A stretch of 64,000 bases of DNA from a virus. The notes beneath the pieces were generated by a model. The model made no database searches. It was given only the letters and a program-made list of their open reading frames with translations, and had not been told where the DNA came from. Numbering within the stretch: the stretch's first letter is position 1; each line of letters opens with the position of its first letter. Shown here in pieces: positions 40,483 to 48,094 of the stretch. The position numbers were made by a program, and so were the translations under genes. The stretch lies in IMG/VR virus record IMGVR_UViG_3300044961_000421, positions 16,876 through 80,875 of that record; one strand, written 5' to 3'.

Positions 40483-40926
40483 CTATACAATAGTACCATT
40501 TAAGTGCATCATTTTATATCCAAAATCTGCTTTATGTTTTCTATAATTAAAAAAACCAGAATCTTTGTTCCTATTTTGATAATTTTGATAAAAATGTATC
40601 ATGATTTTTTCGAATTCTTCCTTTAAATAAACATCCAAAATATCAAAATCGGTTGATTGAAAATATTCTTTTCCTCGGGTACTAGTAAATATATCAAATA
40701 TACAATATCCTTTTTTCCTTTTTGTTATTACAAACCATTCTGTGTTTTCATTTAAATTTTGCGAAACACTAAATTTTGTATACCAAACAATTGTATTTCT
40801 TAAAGATGGATTATGATAAATGGTTGAATTCGTATAAGAGAAAGAAATAGGTTTAATTATTTTGGCTGAATACCAAACAATTTCATCTGGAAAAGGATTT
40901 TTTTGTAACATTGTTTTATTTCTCAA
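40483..40926 (-). CDS. hypothetical protein
   Basis: ORF between tRNAs. Confidence 0.5.
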   Translation of the reverse strand: MRNKTMLQKNPFPDEIVWYSAKIIKPISFSYTNSTIYHNPSLRNTIVWYTKFSVSQNLNENTEWFVITKRKKGYCIFDIFTSTRGKEYFQSTDFDILDVYLKEEFEKIMIHFYQNYQNRNKDSGFFNYRKHKADFGYKMMHLNGTIV

Positions 40927-40937
40927 ATCTATTAAAT

Positions 40938-41013
40938 TGGTAGCCGTGGAGGGACTCGAACCCCCAACTTCTTCCTTGTAAGGGAAGCACTCTAACCAAT
41001 TGAGTTACACGGC
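40938..41013 (-). tRNA. tRNA-Val(TAC)
   Basis: loop CTTACAA, ACCA end. Confidence 0.92.
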
Positions 41014-41424
41014 TAAACGATATTCTTTTAGTTTATCATATAAATTCGATGTTTTTTCACCTTTATAAATTTCTTTTGGAAGAATTACTCCAACAACAGT
41101 CAAACAGTTATTTAAACTTGAGTAATCTTCTCGAAAAAGGCATGTCGGATATTTTGTTTCCTTCAAGAAACAAAGCATATCATTTAATGCCGATTGATTT
41201 CCACCGTCAAGAATGATAATTGTTTTTCCATATTCTACCCAGGCTTTAAAAATTTCAATATCCTTCTTTTTCTTGAATTTTGACATTTCCGCCACCAAAT
41301 GAACTGTCTGAAGGCCCTTTTGAATTCCAGAAAGGTAAGAATTTACAAAAGCATAGAGCCTATATTCTTGTTCCGAATGATTGATTATCTTTTTCATTTT
41401 TTTCACATTATCGCTCATAATCAT
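41005..41424 (-). CDS. peptidyl-tRNA hydrolase 2-like phage protein
   Basis: YLSGIQKGLQTVH, W..KTIIILDGG, FRED..LN..LTVVG resemble the PTH2-fold layout. Confidence 0.5.
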   Translation of the reverse strand: MIMSDNVKKMKKIINHSEQEYRLYAFVNSYLSGIQKGLQTVHLVAEMSKFKKKKDIEIFKAWVEYGKTIIILDGGNQSALNDMLCFLKETKYPTCLFREDYSSLNNCLTVVGVILPKEIYKGEKTSNLYDKLKEYRLAV

Positions 41425-41473
41425 CCTTTCATTTTAAATATAACACAGGGAAAACAAAAAATCAAACATTTTT

Positions 41474-41550
41474 TGGTAGCCCAGATGGGACTCGAACCCA
41501 CACCGTACAGATTCTAAGTCTGCCGCAACCTGCCAATTGTGCTACTGGGC
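41474..41550 (-). tRNA. tRNA-Leu(TAG), short variable arm
   Basis: loop CTTAGAA, 5-nt variable region, ACCA. Confidence 0.88.
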
Positions 41551-41562
41551 TATAAATATTTC

Positions 41563-41638
41563 TGGAACTCCTAGAAGGATTCGAACCCTCATCTATGCGT
41601 CCGTAGCGCATTGTCCTGTTCCATTGAACGATAGGAGT
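41563..41638 (-). tRNA. tRNA-Arg(ACG)
   Basis: loop CTACGGA. Confidence 0.9.
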
Positions 41639-41642
41639 AAAA

Positions 41643-41719
41643 TGGAGCACAAGGTGGGACTCGAACCCACTAAGAGTGATTTTGCAGATCACCACCTCGA
41701 CCACTTCGGCATCAAGTGC
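41643..41719 (-). tRNA. tRNA-Cys(GCA)
   Basis: loop CTGCAAA, U73. Confidence 0.87.
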
Positions 41720-41734
41720 TAAATTTTAAGGAAT

Positions 41735-41811
41735 TGGTAGCCCAGGTGGGACTCGAACCCACACAACATTGATTTTGAGTCAATCGCAACCTGCCAATTG
41801 TGCTACTGGGC
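41735..41811 (-). tRNA. tRNA-Leu(CAA), short variable arm
   Basis: loop CTCAAAA; paralog of the TAG tRNA. Confidence 0.88.
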
Positions 41812-42000
41812 TTCATGTTTCCTTTTCTTATTAATCATATTTTCACGGATTTTATCCGCAACACGTTCAATCTCAAAATTCATCCACATGTTGCGAAATA
41901 AAGGAATAGGTTTTTGTTTCGCTCTACAAATAGCACATAACATTAAAACTTTCCTATTTTTACGGATCAATTTTCTATTTGAACGCATATTTACCTTTCT

Positions 42001-42075
42001 TGGTCTCCAAACCAGGATTCGAACCTGGACCACTTCGCCCCAAACGAAGTATGCTAACCATTACACCATTCAGAG
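42001..42075 (-). tRNA. tRNA-Pro(TGG)
   Basis: loop TTTGGGG, C1-G72, A73. Confidence 0.9.
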
Positions 42076-42084
42076 AAAATATTT

Positions 42085-42159
42085 TGGCACCCCCATTCAG
42101 ATTCGAACTGAAACCTCTGGTTTTGGAGACCAGAATTCTAACCATTAAACTATGGAGGC
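42085..42159 (-). tRNA. tRNA-Trp(CCA)
   Basis: loop CTCCAAA, G73. Confidence 0.9.
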
Positions 42160-42187
42160 TATAATATTAAATCATTGTTTTTATATT

Positions 42188-42262
42188 TGGTAGGTCCCCC
42201 GGGATTCGAACCCGGATATCACGGCTTAAAAGGCCGGTATTCTACCATTGAATTAAGGACCC
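42188..42262 (-). tRNA. tRNA-Lys(TTT)
   Basis: loop CTTTTAA. Confidence 0.92.
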
Positions 42263-42274
42263 GCGAAAATACCT

Positions 42275-42441
42275 TTGGTTGGATTTTTCTCTGGTGCTTT
42301 AATAAGAATTCGCGTTATTCTTTCTGTTTTCTTAACCCCATCTCATATCCGTCACACATCTCTTTTGGATTATGGTACCAAAGAGAGCATAAACGAGAGG
42401 TACATGAGGAGAAACAGGTTGCCCAAAGGTTCCCCAACCAA
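42275..42441 (-). ncRNA. unclassified ~167-nt long-hairpin RNA between tRNAs
   Basis: nested complementary segments closed by TTGGTTGG/CCAACCAA. Confidence 0.5.
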
Positions 42442-42452
42442 TTTCAATAATT

Positions 42453-42538
42453 TGGTGGCCTGAGTGGGACTCGAACCCACACCCATTTGGTTTGGAACGG
42501 ATTTTAAGTCCGTCGTGTCTGCCATTCCACCACCAGGC
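42453..42538 (-). tRNA. tRNA-Leu(TAA)
   Basis: loop CTTAAAA, long variable arm. Confidence 0.92.
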
Positions 42539-42544
42539 CGTAAC

Positions 42545-42619
42545 TGGAGCCGAGTCGCGGAATCGAACCGCGTTATCCGGTTTACAAGACCGACGCATCA
42601 CCGACAATGCTTACCCGGC
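42545..42619 (-). tRNA. tRNA-Thr(TGT)
   Basis: loop CTTGTAA. Confidence 0.9.
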
Positions 42620-42626
42620 TAAAATT

Positions 42627-42720
42627 TGGTAGTCCCACCTGGATTCGAACCAGGAACGCCCTCTAATCTGGAGGCTAGCCGGCTTATAAGACCGGTGTTT
42701 TACCATTAAACTATGGGACC
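42627..42720 (-). tRNA. tRNA-Ile(TAT) with long variable arm
   Basis: loop CTTATAA and ~24-nt variable region with hairpin. Confidence 0.85.
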
Positions 42721-42730
42721 GAATTCTTTT

Positions 42731-42805
42731 TGGTGGACAGTAAGAGACTCGAACTCTTGACCTCTGCTTGCAAAACAGAAATTTTCCCAGTTAAACTAAC
42801 TGCCC
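42731..42805 (-). tRNA. tRNA-Ala(TGC)
   Basis: loop TTTGCAA, G3:U70. Confidence 0.92.
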
Positions 42806-42814
42806 GAAAAATTT

Positions 42815-42890
42815 TGGTTGTCAACAGAAGACTTGAACTTCTACCCTCCGTCTTATCAGGACGGTGCACCACCATTTGTGCTAGGTGACA
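42815..42890 (-). tRNA. tRNA-Ile(GAT)
   Basis: loop CTGATAA. Confidence 0.87.
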
Positions 42891-42898
42891 AAATATTT

Positions 42899-42987
42899 TG
42901 GTGGTACATCAAAGAATCGAACTTTGCGGAGCCACAGGGGCTAAAAGGGTTACAGCCTTTTCCGTCTCCATAACGGTCTAATGTCCC
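42899..42987 (-). tRNA. tRNA-Tyr(GTA)
   Basis: loop CTGTAAC, long variable arm. Confidence 0.88.
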
Positions 42988-42988
42988 T

Positions 42989-43065
42989 TGGTAACCTAGG
43001 CGGGACTCGAACCCGCGATTTCCAGATTGAAAGTCTGGTGGCTTAACCATCTTGCCCACTAGGTC
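42989..43065 (-). tRNA. tRNA-Glu(TTC)
   Basis: loop CTTTCAA. Confidence 0.88.
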
Positions 43066-43070
43066 ATAAT

Positions 43071-43145
43071 TGGCAGGGGCGGATGGAATCGAACCAACAT
43101 CTCTTGGTTCAAAGCCAAGAATAATAACCATTATACTACACCCCT
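43071..43145 (-). tRNA. tRNA-Gln(TTG)
   Basis: loop CTTTGAA, G73. Confidence 0.9.
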
Positions 43146-43153
43146 AATTTTCT

Positions 43154-43228
43154 TGGCGGGGCATAGGGGAATCGAACCCCTATCGTATGGTAGACAGCCA
43201 AACATCTTAGCCGTTAGAAGAATGCCCC
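43154..43228 (-). tRNA. tRNA-Asp(GTC)
   Basis: loop CTGTCTA, G73. Confidence 0.9.
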
Positions 43229-43235
43229 TTTAATA

Positions 43236-43333
43236 ATCTCCCGGAGGCGACCATCAACCCTCCCCTTCACCAGTTTCTACGGATGGAACCCGTTCTGTCC
43301 TCAGTCACAGGCAACCGGCTTTTTCGTTGAGAT
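43236..43333 (-). ncRNA. unclassified ~98-nt structured RNA heading the tRNA operon
   Basis: GC-rich, ATCTC/GAGAT closing stem, internal multi-helix junction. Confidence 0.55.
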
Positions 43334-43372
43334 CAAATATTCTGTTTTCAAATATCTATCTGCTACTCTTTC

Positions 43373-43401
43373 AGTATCTCACATAATGAGATGAATGTCA
43401 A
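43373..43401 (-). promoter_or_regulatory. sigma70-type promoter of the tRNA operon
   Basis: TTGACA-17-GATACT with TG extension. Confidence 0.7.
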
Positions 43402-43451
43402 GAGAAGCAGGAAATTTTTTCTTCCGTTGGTTCAAATTTTTGAGAGGGGTT

Positions 43452-44081
43452 TTAAAATGACTTATTTTCTGTATTCGGTAGCCATAAGTCCCAATCGAAA
43501 GCTGGTCCAACATCAGTTTTATCTTTGCGATAGTTCTGGTGACTGGCGACACCTTTCCAACCCATGTATCGTATATCATATTGTAATCTATAATTTTTGT
43601 TTGGTTTAACATTTGGAATCCCAAACCTATCACAAAGCATATCTACTAAGGGTCCTATCGCGGCTGCTTGTTCGTCTGTATAAGCAGCCCAATAATCAAA
43701 ACCTCTATAATTGGCTTCTATTGCTTTCAAATTGTAAGGATTATTAAAATCTCTAGGCCAAGAATACAATTGTCCATTTTTCTTTTTTAATGGACCGAAA
43801 TTTGCTATCTCAATTCCAATTGAACGCTTGTCAATTGCTTGAGTACCTTTGGTACCTAAGTGAAACGCATAAAATTTTGGATCAAATACCTCATACACCG
43901 TTCCATCGGTATCAAGAATATATGCAGTTGCTATCCTAGAAGAAGTTACAGACCAAGAGGTAAAGGCGGATTTCGCAGATCCGCCGGCCGTGAAATGTAA
44001 CACAATAAGGTCTTTTTTTGTTTCGGTAGAAACAAACTTACCTTCTCGGAGCCTCATTGTTTTGTCATCTATTTTTAGCAC
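43452..44081 (-). CDS. N-acetylmuramoyl-L-alanine amidase (Amidase_2)
   Basis: IVLHFTAG, AFHLG, SIGIEIAN, SHQNYRKDKTDVGP. Confidence 0.88.
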   Translation of the reverse strand: MLKIDDKTMRLREGKFVSTETKKDLIVLHFTAGGSAKSAFTSWSVTSSRIATAYILDTDGTVYEVFDPKFYAFHLGTKGTQAIDKRSIGIEIANFGPLKKKNGQLYSWPRDFNNPYNLKAIEANYRGFDYWAAYTDEQAAAIGPLVDMLCDRFGIPNVKPNKNYRLQYDIRYMGWKGVASHQNYRKDKTDVGPAFDWDLWLPNTENKSF

Positions 44082-44089
44082 ATTACTAT

Positions 44090-44830
44090 TTAGTTTCGAA
44101 AATATTTTAATTCGAGAGATCCATCATAATTTTCGATAATAAATGAAAAATTTTCTATCCAATCACCACAATTTATATATTCTTTACTCATCTTTGGTGT
44201 ATGTATGTGTCCACACAATACAATATCACAATCTTTTGCGTTTTTATAATTTATCATCACATCCTCAAAATTTCGGATAAATGAAATCGCTTCCTTTGTC
44301 TTCTCTTTCGCAAATTTTGATAATGACCAATATGGTAAATGAAATGTTGTCTGTATCCAGTGAATGAAGCGATTTATTTTAATGATCAAATCATAAAGAA
44401 TGGAACCTATTTTTGCCAAAAATTTTAGGTGAGTTATTGTATAATCGAAAAGGTCTCCGTGAATAACGAGTAATTTTTTCCCATTGGCTAAGGTATGAAT
44501 ATATTCATTAGTAATTTCTATATTAAAAAGAGAAATAGGAAGTATTCGTCTTATTGCTTCATCATGATTACCAATTATATAAAATAATTTAGAATGTTTT
44601 GATAATTTGAGAAATTTTTGTATTACATTATTTGAATGTTTATTCCAAACAACCTTTCTCTTCATTGCCCAAAAATCAAAAATATCTCCTACAAGAAAGA
44701 TGTTTTCCGCTTCTATTGTCTTTAAGAATTTGTGAAAAAATTCTGGATTAGAATAGGCAGCACCTATATGTGTATCAGAAACAAAAATGGATTTACATTT
44801 GATTTTCATTGAAAAATATTTATCTATCAA
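44090..44830 (-). CDS. LpxH-like UDP-2,3-diacylglucosamine hydrolase family metallophosphoesterase
   Basis: SDTHIG, GDIFDFW, GNHDE, HGDLFD, CGHIH, NCGDWIE. Confidence 0.82.
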   Translation of the reverse strand: MIDKYFSMKIKCKSIFVSDTHIGAAYSNPEFFHKFLKTIEAENIFLVGDIFDFWAMKRKVVWNKHSNNVIQKFLKLSKHSKLFYIIGNHDEAIRRILPISLFNIEITNEYIHTLANGKKLLVIHGDLFDYTITHLKFLAKIGSILYDLIIKINRFIHWIQTTFHLPYWSLSKFAKEKTKEAISFIRNFEDVMINYKNAKDCDIVLCGHIHTPKMSKEYINCGDWIENFSFIIENYDGSLELKYFRN

Positions 44831-45027
44831 TTTATACTAGATATACGATTCTTTCTCGCTAGTTCTTCCAAATGTTTAACATAATTTATAATTTCATCAA
44901 CAGCAATGTCTGCTGGTGGTGGTCCAGGAATATCACCAAAAACACCATTCCACAATATTCTTATTTGTTCTAGGAGAAATTTATTTTCGTCTCTATATTC
45001 GTTTAAGGTAAGTAAATCATTATTCAT
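44827..45027 (-). CDS. hypothetical protein
   Basis: 66 aa ORF coupled to neighbours. Confidence 0.5.
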   Translation of the reverse strand: MNNDLLTLNEYRDENKFLLEQIRILWNGVFGDIPGPPPADIAVDEIINYVKHLEELARKNRISSIN

Positions 45028-45042
45028 ATTTCGTACAAATAA

Positions 45043-45489
45043 TCACCTTTCACATAAAACATATTTTATTTTACCATGTACCAATGTCGTAAGTATTTCA
45101 TATTTCACGACATTGTAATCTAATTTACCCAAGCCCGCGCCCAACATAGGAACAGCCACAGAATTGATATCCGTATATTCATCTTCTATTTCTAGCATCC
45201 TTTTCAAGATATTACGGACATAAAAAATGGAAGAATTATCTTTCCAATGATATTTCGTTGTTGCTAGATAGATTTTTTTAGGATGTTGTTCATAAGAATC
45301 AATAACATAAACATTTCCGGGTTCGAGAATCTTTTTTTCACAAAGATCCCTATAAAAAATGAATGTCTTCGGAAACCTATTTTTGAATTGTTTTGCGAGT
45401 CCGGTTCCCATTACTCCAACACAATTTACGGGATTAACGAAAGCATCACATCCGCTATCGAAAATAGAACAAACAAATGTATTGATCAT
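45043..45489 (-). CDS. macrodomain protein (DarG-like ADP-ribosylhydrolase)
   Basis: VNPVNCVGVMGTGLAKQFK, TKYHW, PMLGAGLGKL. Confidence 0.88.
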   Translation of the reverse strand: MINTFVCSIFDSGCDAFVNPVNCVGVMGTGLAKQFKNRFPKTFIFYRDLCEKKILEPGNVYVIDSYEQHPKKIYLATTKYHWKDNSSIFYVRNILKRMLEIEDEYTDINSVAVPMLGAGLGKLDYNVVKYEILTTLVHGKIKYVLCER

Positions 45490-46847
45490 GATATGGTTAC
45501 CTTTTCATATTCGGTGATATATTTGAAGATATTCTCAGAATATCCAGAAATTGTGTGCCAACCGTTTTTATAACCAATCCCATTTTTGTAAGAAGCAACA
45601 TTTATAATGTAATTATATTTTCCTAATTTCTTAGCATTTTCCGGTTTTTCTTCAAATCCACCACAATCTTGTTCGTCTGTAAATACGATTACACGATCAT
45701 AATTTTCTTGTTCCATTTTACTAATATGGTCCAAGCAACGAACTAGATAAATTCCACCGTATCCGGCTTCATTTTTTGAAATAAAAGAATGAATCGAAAA
45801 TCCTCTTAAATGGGATGGAACCAATATTGTTTTATTTCCTGTGATATACATAGTTGAATCGTGGCACAATTCACGAGCAATAATCATTACAGAGGCACCT
45901 GCGTCAATTCGTTTAACATTCGTTTTTTTCGAAATTTTATATTTCATCGAACCACTTACATCAAGTACAATAAGTGTTTTCCCATTCAATTTTTCCATCT
46001 GAGAAATGGACTTAAACATCGCTTTTTCTAGAGATCCTGAAAAACGTGCTGTATATTTTGATGCTGTGATAAAACGGTAAGGGAAAATTTTCTCAAATGA
46101 ACCGTTTTCCAAACGTTCTTTGATTAAATTGTAATCTACACCAGAAAATTTCATATTTCTCAAATTACGCAAAGTTGCGAGCCCACCCAATTTACCTTCT
46201 CTCAAAAGTCGCTCAAATGTTTCCTTTTTATCTTTTCCGGAAGATAGATTTGATTCCCATGTATCGGCTACTTCTAACTTTTTATTAGCGATTTTCTTAA
46301 AAAGATCCGCCTTCTTTTCATCTGAAGGTTTCGCATGACTGAGAAACAAAGCATCACGCAATTTAATAGGATTTTTTTTTCCTTGATACTTTGCGAAAGA
46401 ATATTCGTTGAATTTATTAAACGCATCCGAAAACGCCTTTTGTACGGAATGCGGAAGCATTTTCTTCCCATCTTTCCAATAAAGAGAAATAAATTCTCCA
46501 AATTCATCAGGACGTTGGATGATGTGGGCTAGTGTTTTGCGAATTAATTTGGAAGGTATCGGTTTTTTCTTACACAATTCTTTAATCATAAAGAGTGGAG
46601 TGTGACGAATATACATTTCATCACGGGCTTGAATAGCAATTTCTGCTACTTCTTCAGCATCCATCTTTTTGATTAAATTGGCCATAATAATTGAAGATTC
46701 AATTCCATTTTCATAGAATGTATCTTCAAAAAGTAAATTACAAAGAACAAGTCTCTTTAATTGTTCTTTGTTTGTTGGAGGGGTGGTCGCAATAGCGCCT
46801 TCATGTGTATATACATTACTCTTTTCTTCTAAAGACATCCGCATCAC
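45486..46847 (-). CDS. Ro60/TROVE-domain RNA-binding protein with VWA domain
   Basis: THEGA, EDTFYE, IQRPDE, FNEYSFAKY, DTWES, ATLRNLRNM, PYRF, LDVSGSM, FTDEQ. Confidence 0.93.
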   Translation of the reverse strand: MMRMSLEEKSNVYTHEGAIATTPPTNKEQLKRLVLCNLLFEDTFYENGIESSIIMANLIKKMDAEEVAEIAIQARDEMYIRHTPLFMIKELCKKKPIPSKLIRKTLAHIIQRPDEFGEFISLYWKDGKKMLPHSVQKAFSDAFNKFNEYSFAKYQGKKNPIKLRDALFLSHAKPSDEKKADLFKKIANKKLEVADTWESNLSSGKDKKETFERLLREGKLGGLATLRNLRNMKFSGVDYNLIKERLENGSFEKIFPYRFITASKYTARFSGSLEKAMFKSISQMEKLNGKTLIVLDVSGSMKYKISKKTNVKRIDAGASVMIIARELCHDSTMYITGNKTILVPSHLRGFSIHSFISKNEAGYGGIYLVRCLDHISKMEQENYDRVIVFTDEQDCGGFEEKPENAKKLGKYNYIINVASYKNGIGYKNGWHTISGYSENIFKYITEYEKVTIS

Positions 46848-46870
46848 CTAGCGCTATATAAGCTATAAAT

Positions 46871-46919
46871 TTGTTGGTAATTAAAAACGGTGTTGAAGTA
46901 ACCGTCTTACGCAACACAA
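46871..46919 (-). ncRNA. Y-RNA-like mini hairpin 1
   Basis: directly upstream of Ro60; shares TGTGTTG..CGGWTACTTC..CCG..TTACCA with hairpin 2. Confidence 0.6.
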
Positions 46920-46956
46920 TAATACAAAAAAATAATAATTGAATTTTATTATTAAT

Positions 46957-47024
46957 ATTAATGGTAACATTCATGCCGGGAAAGTGTTTTCATATGAAGT
47001 ATCCGACATTTTCAACACATTAAT
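46957..47024 (-). ncRNA. Y-RNA-like mini hairpin 2
   Basis: same motif and helix-internal loop-helix fold with different but complementary stems. Confidence 0.6.
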
Positions 47025-47026
47025 AA

Positions 47027-47099
47027 TGGTTGCGGTGGTCAGAGTTGAACTGACGGGGATTGGTTTATGAGACCAACTTGAATACCGATTCTCACCGCT
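47027..47099 (-). tRNA. tRNA-Met(CAT), atypical, 1:72 mismatch
   Basis: loop CTCATAA, 4-nt D-loop, ACCA. Confidence 0.8.
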
Positions 47100-47104
47100 T
47101 TAAT

Positions 47105-47175
47105 CTTAGAGAAAATGTTCTGAATCGCTCTCCCTAAAGTAGGATTTATACCTGATTCAGAAGGTTACAATAAAG
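47105..47175 (-). ncRNA. hairpin RNA at the start of the Ro60 transcript
   Basis: 9-bp TTCTGAATC/GATTCAGAA stem enclosing a T-arm-like AGG-TATAAAT-CCT; begins just after TGcTATAAT (47181-47189). Confidence 0.4.
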
Positions 47176-47220
47176 CATGTATTATAGCAACATTTTCTCA
47201 AATTTATTTTTTTCAAAGAT

Positions 47221-47466
47221 CTATTTTTTATTTATACTTTCAGTATAGCACTTTTTTGCTTTCTTGTCAATTTTTTTTTCATTTTTTTTTTTCGAATTCA
47301 ATTTCGGAACAATTATTTCTGAAAATTCGTAATAGGAAAAAATACCATTTCGAGAAAAATGTTGTTCCATTATCTCAATGGAATCCGCCTCATATGTACC
47401 TATTAAGTAGGTATCCTCATTTCCACAAGCATCTGCTTCCACCTTATATACATTAAAATATGGCAT
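47221..47466 (-). CDS. hypothetical protein
   Basis: 81 aa ORF; its 3' end contains a TTGACA-17-TATACT promoter. Confidence 0.5.
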   Translation of the reverse strand: MPYFNVYKVEADACGNEDTYLIGTYEADSIEIMEQHFSRNGIFSYYEFSEIIVPKLNSKKKNEKKIDKKAKKCYTESINKK

Positions 47467-47682
47467 TTGGAGCCTAGTTCAAATTCAATTTTTTAGATTC
47501 TTACATATGCTCTCTCATCTGTAAGATCCCGAAGTTCTTAAAGTTTTTGTATCAATTCGGAAACCGGAAGAATTTGCTTTTCCATATTCACTAAGTCTTC
47601 CATACAATGGTGTACCAAATTTCTGTTTTGATTACTTATATTCGTATATTTCATTCCTACTCTCATTATATAACATTTCTTT

Positions 47683-47716
47683 TGGTAGCCGAGGAGGTGC
47701 TCGAAGTTTCCCGGCT
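47683..47716 (-). pseudogene. tRNA remnant / CCA-ended microhelix
   Basis: 7-bp AGCCGGG/CTCGGCT stem + ACCA, TTCGAG remnant, no D or anticodon arm. Confidence 0.65.
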
Positions 47717-47724
47717 ATAAAATT

Positions 47725-47800
47725 TGGTACTCCTACAAGGACTCGAACCCTGATTCTCGGTTTAGAAGACCGATGCCTTATCCCGTTAGACGATAGGAGC
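47725..47800 (-). tRNA. tRNA-Arg(TCT)
   Basis: loop CTTCTAA. Confidence 0.92.
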
Positions 47801-47814
47801 ATTCATTAAATTTC

Positions 47815-47843
47815 ATTTTATCACAACACCTATACATTGTCAA
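47815..47843 (-). promoter_or_regulatory. sigma70-type promoter
   Basis: TTGACA-17-TAAAAT with TGTG extension. Confidence 0.7.
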
Positions 47844-47844
47844 G

Positions 47845-47931
47845 TGGCGGAAGAGAAAGGATTCGAACCTTTGTGAGTTTTTCCTCGTCTTGGTTTAGCA
47901 AACCAGCCCATTACCACTCTGGCACTCTTCC
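47845..47931 (-). tRNA. tRNA-Ser(GCT)
   Basis: loop TTGCTAA, long variable arm, G73. Confidence 0.92.
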
Positions 47932-47936
47932 AAAAA

Positions 47937-48022
47937 TGGAGGAAGGTGGAGGAATCGAACCCCTCTGTGTTACCAGACCCCGGCTTTCAAGGCCGGTTGC
48001 CGACCGTTCAGCGGCACCTTCC
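47937..48022 (-). tRNA. tRNA-Ser(TGA)
   Basis: loop CTTGAAA, long variable arm. Confidence 0.92.
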
Positions 48023-48094
48023 GAAATTTTTATATAAGAATCATATCATAACACAATCATCATTCGATAACAACAATTTTCAAAAAAAAAAAAA

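Noticed and set aside
43236-43333. Hammerhead ribozyme (CUGAGGA...GAAAC)
   Set aside because: Stem I cannot form and stem II is offset from the core.
39960-48022. CRISPR array or tmRNA
   Set aside because: The recurring GGACTCGAACCC strings are tRNA T-arms; no constant repeat-spacer period and no tmRNA ends or tag frame were seen.
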